From Mayamaea pseudoterrestris (lineage: Eukaryota): a stretch of 64,000 nucleotides of DNA. The notes below the pieces were generated by a model that was given only the letters and a program-made list of their open reading frames with translations, was not told the DNA's origin and made no database searches. The number at the start of each line of letters is the position of its first letter. The stretch's first letter is position 1. The stretch is taken from NCBI GenBank assembly GCA_027923505.1, contig BROI01000013.1:372001-436000 (forward strand), given 5' to 3'. The translations under genes and the position numbers were made by a program. Of this stretch, positions 1 to 11,459 are shown piece by piece.

Positions 1-510
1 CAGTGCCGATCCCATGCCGCCGCTCGTGCTAAACTTTTTGGGACATCCCATGTTGACATCAATGCCGTCAGCATCTTGACTAACATGCGTCGCTACTTGC
101 TTGGCTAGTTCTGAACAGCCCGTTCCAATCTGAACAATCAACTTGCCTGTTTCTATCTTTGGATCGATTCGTAGCAGCAAGGGTGCATGTTCACCCATTT
201 TTCGAATCGTTTTTCGATTCGCGTTAGAAACATCCTTGACGTAGTCAATTGTTGTATCGCTCGAGTCACTGTAGGTAGTCACGACTCGCTTGGTGTTTAG
301 AATGCTTCGATCCATGAGTTCCTCCGTGTATACCAAGTCGGCTCCATACTCCAAGGCCAATGTCCGAAGAGGCGTGGTTCCGGCGCGGACCATGGGAGCG
401 AGACAGACGAGAGGGGCACGTGATGACGGTTCATGATCATTCGTATTGCCATTGCTGCTTCTATCAGAGAGTCTGTAGAGTCGTCTGACTCTATCTTCCC
501 TGCTGCTCAT
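1..510 (-). CDS. DUS2: tRNA-dihydrouridine synthase 2-like; 5' part only, runs off the window start
   Basis: Manual translation from ATG 510: ...LAPMVRAGTTPLRTLALEYGADLVYTEELMD...LIVQIGTG...GIDVNMGCPKKFSTSGGMGSAL, which are the FMN-dependent Dus motifs. Absent from the ORF track because there is no stop inside the window. Confidence 0.9.
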   Translation of the reverse strand, partial: MSSREDRVRRLYRLSDRSSNGNTNDHEPSSRAPLVCLAPMVRAGTTPLRTLALEYGADLVYTEELMDRSILNTKRVVTTYSDSSDTTIDYVKDVSNANRKTIRKMGEHAPLLLRIDPKIETGKLIVQIGTGCSELAKQVATHVSQDADGIDVNMGCPKKFSTSGGMGSAL

Positions 511-674
511 TGAATGGTCTATAATAATGGGGAGGTGAGTGTAGATTGTAAGGGACGAGTCGTCTATCTAGTGCTACTACTATAATCTGCAATGCATCCA
601 TGGCCGCGAGACGCGCAAACGTGCGAATGATGAACGCAAACCAAAACCGGTAAGATGTCTTTCTACAATCCCAT

Positions 675-1043
675 ATGACGTAATTGACACTGGCACTTGT
701 TTCGTACTATTGCCTAATGACGTAATTGACACTGGCACTCGTTTCATACTATTGCCTTATGACGTGATTGACACTGGCACCCGTTTCGACATATGACGTA
801 GTTTTCCTTGGCACTCGTTTCACAATATTGCCTTGCGACGTAGTTTTCACTGGCACTCGTTTCGTACTATAGTCTTATGACGTAGTTTTCACTGGCACTC
901 GTTTCGTACTACTGCCTTATGACGTAGTTTTCACTGGCACTCGTTTCGTACTACTGCCTTATGACGTAGTTTTCACTGGCACTTGTTTCGTACTATTGCC
1001 TTATGACGTGATTGACACTGGCACTCGTTTCAAGGCAATAGTA
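675..1043. repeat. 42-bp tandem minisatellite (~9 units) with an inverted 12-bp tail
   Basis: Unit ATGACGTA(ATTGA/GTTTT)CACTGGCACTCGTTTCGTACTATTGCCTT starts at 675, 717, 759 (34 bp), 793, 835, 877, 919, 961 and 1003. AAGGCAATAGTA (1032-1043) is the reverse complement of TACTATTGCCTT (991-1002). Confidence 0.95.
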
Positions 1044-1291
1044 ACCAAAAATAAAGTAAATGGTGGTGTATTGCCGGTTCGTTTCAAGTCGATTTTTCGG
1101 TTTTCACGTCGTGATCATGGCGAAAGAAGAAAGTGGTCATGGATGGTTCGCAGTGCGACATAATTTGCATCACTGCGACATCCGTTTCCGCATCCTCGGC
1201 ACGACGGCAAAATGCATCACCAGATTTGGATCAGCTGCGCTTGCTTTCCTACTACTGGAAGTACTGTCACCGACAAAACCATTACTATAAA

Positions 1292-2107
1292 ATGAATCAA
1301 GACTTGCAGGCCAAGCTGCAAAAGCGTCGTCAAATGGCGGATGGAGACATTGAACCGGAAATATCCATTGACGATCTTCGTGGAGCATCCGCTGCCAACG
1401 CCAACAACGCTTCAGATGCACTTCACATGAGCGCCGATCTAAAAGCAGCCATGGAGCGACAGCGACGCAAAGCAGATGGAGATTTAGTAGAAGAAAATGA
1501 TGACACTAGTAGTAAAGTTGTGGAACAGGGAACGCAGCAATCAACGCAAGCAATTCCAGTCGCTCTGACACCCGACAATAAGCAGCAGCAGCAGCAACAG
1601 GAAATTTCGTCTGGATCGTCTCGTCCCCGAAGCAGTCGCTCCAGTAACAAATCACGCAGCAATAGCGGTGAACAAAGGAAACTATTATTTGACGACGATC
1701 AAAGTCATAGCGAGTCGCAGTACAGTCATGATGATGCAGCAGCAGCAATGGCCTTGAAAAGCAAAGCAATTACTACCGGTAGTACACCCACCCGACGACC
1801 AGCATCCAGCCGACGCAACAAATCGATTACTGGGAGTGCGAGTAAACGGCCTACTGTTATTGACGAGGATGGCAAGTCAGTGACGAGTCGTACGCCAAGT
1901 CTTGAAGGAAATAGCAATGATTTGGATCGGTCGGGTCATTCGACGGGCAAAGCACGCAGACAGGGACGAGGATCGTCGCACCATGTGATTAGCTCGAGTA
2001 GCAGTCGACACTCGTCGCATGTCCAAACACCAAGGCGGGGCTCTGGGTCGCCGTCTGCGTCGTCATCATCGTCGTCGCCATCTTCCTCGGATGAAGCTTC
2101 TGATAAT

Positions 2108-2144
<37 letters not shown>

Positions 2145-5100
2145 GAAGCACTCGTCGGAGAACAAGTGGCGAGGAGAAGCTGTCTGCTTCAAAGTCAAGA
2201 CAGCAGGAGCAACAATTACGTGACCGACGCCGACATGGAAGCGCTAGTGCAAGTAATAGCAAGCGACAGGCAGACATTGAGCCTATTACCGCGGTGCAGC
2301 CATCTTCGTCTGCGGCACTCCGCCCAAGGAGCCGTCGAACGGGCTTGGTAAAGCGACACTCCTCAAAGTCGCTGGAGGATTCGCCGTCCACTTCATCGGC
2401 CGTGCCGGAAGGAAGACGTTTGAGTAGTCACGAAATGTCGCCGACGCTTGCCATTGGCAGTCGCAAATTGGCGGATGGAGGAGCTGCAGCGTCCGCAACC
2501 AAAATCAAAGCAAGAGAACCAAGCAGTATCGGCAGCAAACGCAATGCGCATGAGACAACGAATTCGGAAACGTTATCATCTGCATTCGGGTCTCCCGAGC
2601 CATTTAGCACTGATTTTTCTAGTTTTTCTGCCAGTAATGCTGATGCGACTGCGGAGATTGAGCCAAATACAGAATTCTTTGGAGCCTTTGACGATGCAAC
2701 GTTTCCAGCAGCAATCACGGAAACTACATCTTCAACTGCTGCCGATTTTGGAACGGCGGATCCGTTCTTCGCCGCGAGTGCATTCAAGGCGGACATGTTT
2801 TCGACCCCCGCTCCCAAAGCACAGGAGCGAGTTTGGGACAAATCTCCATTGGTTGACGTGCCCACCATTCCGGATGCTGCCATAACTTTAAACGCCAAGA
2901 CTGTTTTCGCGATGCCGTTTGTGGGTCATCCGGTGACAAATCCACTCAATGGTAATATTATATTCTTTAGCATGCAACAAGCTGGACCATTCATGCATGA
3001 AGTTGATCCGCATCGTGACTTTGTCCAAACAATGGCTGCTCCAATCATTTCGTCAGATCTGCAGCGCCGAGTTGCTACCAAGTATCATGTGTCAATCTGC
3101 GGACTCGACTCTGTCATTTCAATTAGTGCTGGCCTCCATTACATCCATGGACAAGTGCGAGTCCGCGTTGCAGCAGTTCTGGATTTGCGGGTGCTTGAAT
3201 CAACTCAAGCATTAAGGATCGTTGCGGTATGGCAGTGGGGGTATGCGGCACCCCATCCCATTGGGTTACAATTTGCCTTTGCGCCTCCAAACGGAGCTGA
3301 GTTTGCTGCCGATCCCTTGACACTAAAGAATGCAGATGGCTTGCTCTTCATGGCTGGTAACTCCCCCAAGGGCCCATGTGTCTTCATTTCCAAACCAATT
3401 TTGCGCGAGACGTGGTCGGCAAATTATCTCAACATTCCAAGTGTTATTTCGACCATTTCCGTCACGTCGACTGAAAAACGAATTTGCCCTTATCTTGCTA
3501 TTGCCATGTCGGATGGATCTGTCAGCGTTTGGACGTATTATGCTGCTCTGGGTGGTACGCAAGCAAAAGGAAATGAGACGTCGAAACGCTGGCTTCTTCC
3601 ATTGTGTCGTTTGGAAGCTATAACAATGCTCCGACAAATGGAGCCGTTGAGCTTTCCGATCGATGTAAACGATGCAAATTCCAAAGAGCCAGCCGATCCT
3701 GGATATTGTACTGACCTCGTTTGGCTACCTCCTCAGCCATCCATGGGGTCGCTCCTTCTCATTGCAGCTACTTATCAGAATGGCCTGGCAATATTCCATG
3801 TGGAACTTCCACTAGTTGCAAGCAAAGAATCGAAAGGCGAGTTCATTCCGTTTCCCGCACCCAATCCTGAAACGACGTTAGCTCAAGCACCGACGCTCAC
3901 GCCGATATGTGCCACGCGATGGAAAGGTGATCACGACCGGTCTTACGCTTGTTGGATGGATCTCGGACCACACATGAGTCCATGTGTGGGAGTGTTGCTG
4001 CAAACGACGCATAATTGTCATGGACCAGCATGTTTTGTACTCGGAACTTTACGCCTTTCGCAGTATCGCAAAGGACCGCCGCCAAAAGAACGCCTGATGG
4101 CATTTGATATCTTTGGAAGCAAGACATATGCGTCTGGATGTGACAATTTTCCTCGTGGTTTATTGCACACGAGTGGGTGTGGCTCACTATTCAGCTACTC
4201 GGATAAAAAAGTGGTGTCTATAACACCCGCCAGAGAAAACATTCATAAAGACGCAAGCTTTGCCTATCTTGGTCGACCAATCATATCGTGTCCTGCAGGA
4301 TTAGCCTCTACAGGCGAACCTTTGCTGAACGACATAGACGCTGACAATGAAGGAATTCTCCATATTTTTACGGTTATACAGTGCGAGCGACAGAAGTCGG
4401 CCGTCAACAATGATATGCAAGAGTGGTCGCGCCCGCGAAAGCGTTTGTGGTTGTGCAAGTCTACAGTGGGGGATACAAAAGCAGCTGGGGCGATCGAAGA
4501 AGAAAAGAAAGATGGAGGTTTTGGAGGCGATCAAGTAGTAAAAGGAGGTGCGTCTTCCGATGCAATTTGCGAATTATTTGATGACGCGCTTGAAGGTCTC
4601 GTGCCTTTTAGAATTGTCAGGTGCAAAGGGCGACACTTGTGCGCGATTATGTTTCGGCCTAGGTTGTTTAGAAAGGATGGTCCCTCTCGGCTGTCTTTGG
4701 ACGCCTGCGCTATTGCTTTCGTAGAATATTCGGGCTCGTCGCCTTCAATACATGCTGTTGAAGGACGCGACGTGACGTTTATGCCAGCAGTAAATCCACG
4801 CGGCGTAATCCTGAGCACAGACGGCTCCGCTCTCACGATGTTTGAATGGGATTCGAACGACAAGGCATGCACGCTTGGTGCTTCATTCCGCCCCATCGTT
4901 GGTGTTGACACGGGCACAGAATATGTTGCATGTCGCCGAGTCTTTGCATTTTCTGGGGCAACCTCAGTCGGACTGCTTGTTACTGGTATGCGTCTACGCG
5001 ATAATCGTACTTGCCTTGTCTCTGGCGATCTGTGCCCCTCGGATGGCATCTCTTTGAATGACTGGTCACAATTACTTCCAAACGTCGTGTCGGGCCGGTG

Positions 5101-8100
5101 CCTTTGGCTGGACGAGTTCGAGGAGATCTACAACGTCATGGGTCTTGAAGGTGACGAAGATGGTTATCGAAATTTTGGACTGTCCACCGCGTTCCGGATT
5201 GCGATTGTGTCTTCCGGACTTGAATTTTCAGCTGAAATTATGGCAGCTGCTCCAACCTGCGATCTAGCACCCTTGGGTGCTTTCACACTTGCTTTCTGCT
5301 CTGGCGTAAAAATTCGCACTCTTTCTTGTCTTGACGGAAATCTTGCAGCAGGGACTCTAGCGACTCTACCAACGCCGCAGATTGGATATTCCCAGTTGGC
5401 ACTTTTGGCTGTGCGACCAGACCGACTCATTGTTGGATCGAAACATAAAGGTATTCGTTTGGTCGACTTAAATCAAAATGCCAATATATTTTTGCTCCCT
5501 GCACCTATCACACGTCCAGCGTTGCTTCTTGAAGCGATGGTTGCTAATGCTATTTGTGTTGGCGGGAAGAGTAACACTTCGACTGCAATACTTCGAACCG
5601 TCATCGAGAAGTTTGGCCGAAAGGTTGGCTCCATTACTCACAGTGACACAGAAGGTATCGGAAATTTTGGCGCCGGATTGACGCCGCGTACCTTTGAAAT
5701 GTTGCATAAGTATGGCTTGACTCATGCCGCATCTTGGCTGTTGACTGGTACGAGTCAATTTGATCGATCTGCAAGTTCAAAGATTCTTCCACCATGGCTT
5801 CCGATTGCGCCCAAAGCCAAGGCTTGTTTGAATGCTGATGCTTTCTTGCATGTTCTTGCGTCGGGTGACCCGTACTTTGCTGAATACATAAAAGATCCCG
5901 ACGAAAAGATGCCCTCTGTATTACCACGACAGAGCGATTCAACGGCCTATGTTGCACGCGAGGACGCTATGAAGTCATTGAGAATTGGTGATTCTAATGC
6001 TGCGATTAAATTACTTGACGTGTCTGGGTCAATGCTCGGCGATAATCTGATCTTGCAGGTGGCCCTTGCGCTCGCGAAAGAGCTACCAGACGAAACATCC
6101 AAATTGTTACAAACGCTATCCGGTTACGGCCAACGTGGTATTTCTTCGTCGGGTGTCCCAGTGAAAACGCATACATCCATTGCAGCACTAGCGCTGTCGC
6201 TGCAACAGGGACATGGCCGTGAGATGCAATCCGATGACATAAACCGTTATATGAAGCCACTGGCACCTTCTCTGCAGCGAGGCTCGAAATCGATGACACG
6301 GAGTCGCCAAAATTTGCTGGGCGAGTCAAATATCGGTGGATTAAAAAAGAAACATGTCGACGCTCCCGATCCCATATGGACACAACCTTGCAACGAATCA
6401 AGGCATGTTTGGTGAGTAACTGCCACTTATCGGTACTTCCCGCTTGAAATAGGTTTGTACTAATAGTCAAAAAATGCGTTCACATTGCAGGAATGAGGGA
6501 CCACGCAAAGAAAAGCATCATTTACTGTCGCTGGGGTCAATCGAGGATTGGATTGGTAGGCGACGACCAGTAATCCTCGGCAAAGAAGGCGCATCTGCTG
6601 CCAAAGATCGGGGAGAGCAGACTCTAGCAAACATATTGAATCAAAATGACGAAGATTCATTTGGTGGCAGTGATATTGAAAGTGTACAGGATGGGTGGGT
6701 TGATGGCGTTGGTGAAGGTCGTACTGACGAGGCGAATCTCTCGGCTTACTTCCGATTTTCGGAAGGCGAAGACGAGGATAGTCCATGGCCGACCGATGGT
6801 TTCACTGATCTATCTCCATTTCAAAATAAGGCAATGATTGTAGGCGACTTGCAGGCGGTCGCAGTACAGCCAACGACATCAAGTGTTGATGAGGGTGACC
6901 CTGGCAAGGTTAAGAGCTTGTATGACATCGTTTTTGAAAAATCAGGAGAGGGCGCTGCATCTGGTCTGGCTATCGCAGCATCAAGAGGATGTAGCTTGGA
7001 CGTCGGGGTCCTTCACTTGGCAGAAAAGTCGATGCGACAAAAGTGCACAGTCGAGTTCTGGTACTTCCTTCCATCGTCGGAAAATATCCCTCCTGAAGTT
7101 GTCCTTGCAAGGAGGTCTCATGGGCCATCTGGTGATGATCTGTCAAAGATCTGCTTGGCCGCATACAAGAGCAGTACTCTATGGGAGCTCGTTTTGCTAC
7201 AAAGTGGCGAGCTGGAGTTTCGCACATGCGCAGGACACTCATTGCGGTCGTCGTTAAATTACCAACCTGCAGAGGCGGACGCAGATGAGCATGATTCGGA
7301 CGACGAACCGGAAAGGAATGATTTGGCCAAGTTTGGTCGCTGGAACCATGTCAGTGTAGTCCTGGTTTCAAAAGACGCGGCGAGTCTTTCAAAATGCGCT
7401 GTAACGTTATACATGAAGGGTGAGGAGGTTGCATCATCAGACCTTTCAGTGAAGCCTCGGGCATTTGAGGACGATAATGATTTAGATAGCCCAACGCTGA
7501 ACGAGCTTCTTTCTAAATCATACGTGGTGTTTGGTTTAGACCACGGCGCTGGCTTTCGATTGACGGAACTTCGAGTCTGGGCTTGCGCGCGATCCGCGGA
7601 TGATACACAAGCACTCATGTATGAGTACTTGACGGCGGCTGAGGCAAAAAAGAAATTCAAGGTGAAAATTTCGAGCAACAAGAACAAGAGTGGAGGTGCA
7701 AAGATGGGAAAGGGAGCGTTTCTGGCGCCACCAAAAGGCGGGGCGGGCGGTTTGGGTCCGTCGAGAGGAATGCTCGGCGGTCCGAAAGGCAGCGCACCTC
7801 GTGGTATTCTGGCGCCAAAATCATCATCTGGTCCCACGAAGGATGCGACCACAGCAACTTTCTCCCTTGCTCCGCCACCGAAAAAGGACGATCATAAGTT
7901 TAGCCTAGCGCCGCGCGCAAAAGAGGTTGAAGCTACGTTATCAAGTCCACCCGAGGTTGGCATGTTGGTAGATCCCGAGATGGAGCATGGAAAGTCCCAT
8001 GACGCTGTAAACATGCAGATCGAAGCAACGGATCCATTGAATGAGGAAACAGGCTACGACGAGGACGACAAAGACGAAGTTCCCACTACATTATGGGACA

Positions 8101-9263
8101 CTGCGATTCCGTTAAGCCAACAAATCCGCAATTCGGCTGCATCCGCTTTAATACGCGGCCCGCCCGCTACCCGTCACTTTGGCGGCAATCGTGGAGGACT
8201 TGCTGATCACTCTGGAATGGAGCGGTTTGGTGTAGGTGGCATTGCCATTTGTGGATCTGAGAAGACGATTGTTTGGCGCGACAATGAAGATCCACCGGCA
8301 CTGACATATCCGATTGGCGCTAGTGGAGCCGTCGTGAGTGACTTGATGGACGACGAAGGCAGCGAATTCTTGTGTTGTTTCTTAGCCAAGGAGAAGCGCA
8401 TGGTGGTCTTTGAACTGCAATCTCGGACAGTGGTGGTTGAATTACAAATGACGACGAAACTCAACTTCTGGCGGTTCCTTCCACCGGAGGCGGCAGAAAA
8501 CACACTCTGCTTCTTGCTGATTACGCCCGTTGGAGGTTTCCACTGGATGCCGTTAGAAGAGTCGCCGCGACCGCACCAAGTATGGAAGCGCGGAGCAGAA
8601 TTGCAAGGTAAAAAAGTTGTCAATTACGAGGAAGGTGGTTCCAACGGACTGGACGGCCCCGACATTATATCACGCGTCGGCCTGGCCATGGTAACCAAGG
8701 CATCCGGCGGCGGCGCTTTGGAAGCATGGATTATTCCCATTGAAGGCGACTCGCGGGCCTGCCAAGTGTCGGACGATGTCATGGGCGCCTGCTTTTGTCA
8801 GCCGCCGTCGGTGGATGATGGACCCTTCTTGCCGCTGTTGGTGACGGCGCATCAATTAGATGATGGAATCTATGTAAATGTACTCTCGGTGGTAGAACCA
8901 ACCAAGGGATCCATTCAGCTGGGCGAGATTGAGGTAACGCGGGTCATTGACGAGGCTGGTTTCGAAGATGTGGACTTTGAACCTCCGAGCATGGCTATGG
9001 GCTCATTTCCGGAAGCAATCTTGTGCTCGCTCGGCAACATTATAGTAGTCATTGTCCGCCGCAAGGGTCTGATTGCCGCCTTTGAATTGGAGGATGATGA
9101 TTTGAGCTTGATTGCCTTGGAAAGTGTCGGTCACTATGTCATGGATGCAATCATGCGCTACTCGGGTGAAGTGGGCGGAGCAGAGATTGTCATGCTCTTG
9201 TCGGATCAAGACAACCCCAAGGATGGACGCATGGTTTCTTTTTGCTTTCGGTCAACGGCCTAA
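1292..9263 (+). CDS. Very large (~2630 aa) uncharacterised protein: disordered S/R/Q-rich N-terminus, probable beta-propeller region, ConA/LamG-like domain; join(1292..6411,6491..9263)
   Basis: ORFs 1133..6415 and 6474..9263 join in frame through intron GTGAGT(6412)...TTGCAG(6490), giving RHVW-NEGP. The LamG-like pattern is LSAYFRFSEG..TVEFW..GRWNHVSVV..LYMKG..ELRVW. Confidence 0.8.
2111..2143 (+). repeat. (CAG)11 coding microsatellite (polyQ)
   Basis: Perfect CAG run in frame within the large CDS. Confidence 0.9.
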
Positions 9264-9534
9264 ACAAAAGCTATATCTATAATATCATACTATGTTAAGT
9301 GTATTAGAATAAGTACATCTCTAGGCTCCGTAGTCTAAGGTAGGTTGAAGCTTGTGGATACCCTAGCTTTTTGTGAACTCCATCCGGTTCGATAGAGGTT
9401 CGCCGACTTCGATCGCGTCAAGATGTCAAGCAACAACAGCCCAAGCAAGATCCATGGCGCTCTCATATTATTACCATGCAAATTAGGTTCTCTACTCTTT
9501 ACATTGCATTCTTGATACATAATAAACAAATACT

Positions 9535-11199
9535 ATGAAGGCTATTCTCTTGTTCGCGTTCCTAGCGAGTGCGAATGGATTCCAGACGACGCAAGTCGTC
9601 TCTCCCTTTACCCTGACGGCGAGCCGATCGGTCATCGGCTCGATGCAGCAGCAGCAGTCAAGAGCAGCTCCGCAGCAAGGACGCTACAATGTTGCACCTT
9701 TCAAAAAGGCAAGCAGCATTCAGGCCTCGTCGTCGTCAAGAGCATCTGACGATGCTTCCAGAAAGGTGGACAGCCTCTTTAGCGAAAGAAATCTCAAAAC
9801 GGCTCGTTCGGTCGCTGCCTTTGTCTTTTTGGACTTGGCCTTTCAGCGCACATTTGCCGCTTCCAAAATCGCCTTTCCACATAGTCTTGCCGGATGCGCC
9901 GCGCTGTTGACGACGTTGCTGCTTGCACCAAAGGATACCGCGCGCGAGTTGCACGAGTTTTTGCGCCCGGGGGCAAACTTTTTTGCAACGTGGTTGCCTG
10001 TTCTCTTTGTTCCGTCGCTGATTACGCTTCCACTCGCCATGGCGGATCATACGGGAGCAGCTCAAGAGTTGATCAAGTTGAGTATGGTAGTTGCTGGAGG
10101 CTTTTGCTTTACGCTCCTTTCGACTGCAATGTCGGTGACCTTTGTCCGCAAGCTCGGAAAGGAAAATGGACGCAAGCGAGACAGAGCCGACACCATGGCC
10201 CGTGATGCCGAGTCTGGCGGAAGAGGTTTGCTTCAGGACGCCAAGGATGCCGTTGGGGATGCCGTCGAATCGACCATTGACGCCGTTTCCGACGCTGCCA
10301 ATGAAGCGACCCCAGACGATGTCAGCGTTAGCTTGGAGTCACCGAAGCCCTTTTCACAAGGGGTCATGAATAACTTGTCTGGATTATCGGCAGCCAGTGG
10401 AGTCGCCGCCGCGGCAGCTTCCATGATGGGTTCCAACGTCGCTCGTCCATTGACCAGTCTCTTTCTACTCTTCACCACGCTATCTACATTTTGCTTCGGC
10501 GCTCGCATGCCGCGCGATTCCGTCAAGCTGGTTCACCCGCTCGTTACATGCACGGGCTTGACGTGGGCCGCGGCGGCAGGCTTTGGTGCGTTGACTGGAA
10601 AGTCCTTTCATCAAATGCTGCGCGTCTACAAATCGGGAACGTTGCAGTCGATCTACAAGCTTGGAGCGGGTGACCTGCTTCTTTTCATGCTTGGGCCCGC
10701 GGTTGTTTCGCTTGCTATTTCCATGTACTCCAAGCGACAACTTGTCAAGGACAACCTTTTGGAGGTTGGCACTGCCGTGAGTGTTTCCACAGCAGGTGGG
10801 CTCTTTGGAACGGCGCTTGCCGTCAAGTGGTTGAACATTGCCAGTCCCTATCTGCGACTCAGCTTGCTGTCGCGCAACATTACCTCCCCGCTAGCCGCCG
10901 CCATGGCAGGCATTTTGGGAGCCAATCTTTCGTTTGCCGTTAGCATTGTCGTCATCACAGGTCTTATCGGAGCCAACTTTGGAGCCAACTTGTTGGATGC
11001 GTTTGACATCAAGGATCCGGTTGCTCGTGGACTGAGCATGGGAGCGGCCGCGCATGGACTTGGAACGGCAGCCATTGTCAAGGAAAAGGATGCCTTTCCA
11101 TTTGCTGCCATTTCCATGGCACTCACGGCATCGGCAGCGACTGTAGCAGTCTCCGTTCCGGTGTTGCGTAAAATGATTCTGCAGATTGCTCTTGGATAA
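9535..11199 (+). CDS. PLGG1: LrgB/PLGG1-like glycolate/glycerate transporter, plastid-targeted
   Basis: LrgA-like WLPVLFVPSL and LrgB motifs LGPAVVSLA, SRNITSPLA and ARGLSMGAAAHGLGTA. Signal peptide followed by Phe (ANG-FQ). Confidence 0.85.
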   Translation: MKAILLFAFLASANGFQTTQVVSPFTLTASRSVIGSMQQQQSRAAPQQGRYNVAPFKKASSIQASSSSRASDDASRKVDSLFSERNLKTARSVAAFVFLDLAFQRTFAASKIAFPHSLAGCAALLTTLLLAPKDTARELHEFLRPGANFFATWLPVLFVPSLITLPLAMADHTGAAQELIKLSMVVAGGFCFTLLSTAMSVTFVRKLGKENGRKRDRADTMARDAESGGRGLLQDAKDAVGDAVESTIDAVSDAANEATPDDVSVSLESPKPFSQGVMNNLSGLSAASGVAAAAASMMGSNVARPLTSLFLLFTTLSTFCFGARMPRDSVKLVHPLVTCTGLTWAAAAGFGALTGKSFHQMLRVYKSGTLQSIYKLGAGDLLLFMLGPAVVSLAISMYSKRQLVKDNLLEVGTAVSVSTAGGLFGTALAVKWLNIASPYLRLSLLSRNITSPLAAAMAGILGANLSFAVSIVVITGLIGANFGANLLDAFDIKDPVARGLSMGAAAHGLGTAAIVKEKDAFPFAAISMALTASAATVAVSVPVLRKMILQIALG

Positions 11200-11459
11200 A
11201 GAGGCTGCTGCTGACCTGTGAAACCTGATGAATTTTGTGTTAATAAGCTACTGTAAAATTATAAAGCTAGTCAAGAGCTGTTTTAAATTAATTTGACTGA
11301 AGATTATGGATGCGATGGATGTAACTGAAAAGTATTAATGTACAAGCTGACAGTGAGTTTCACTTAACTGTAACATTTGTTAGATAGCAAATTATCGATA
11401 GATATAGCTAGGGTACACATATTAGCTTGAACACGCAAATCACAGTGCCGACGAGTCAT

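Noticed and set aside
675..1043. CRISPR-like short repeat array
   Set aside because: The units are contiguous with no variable spacers.
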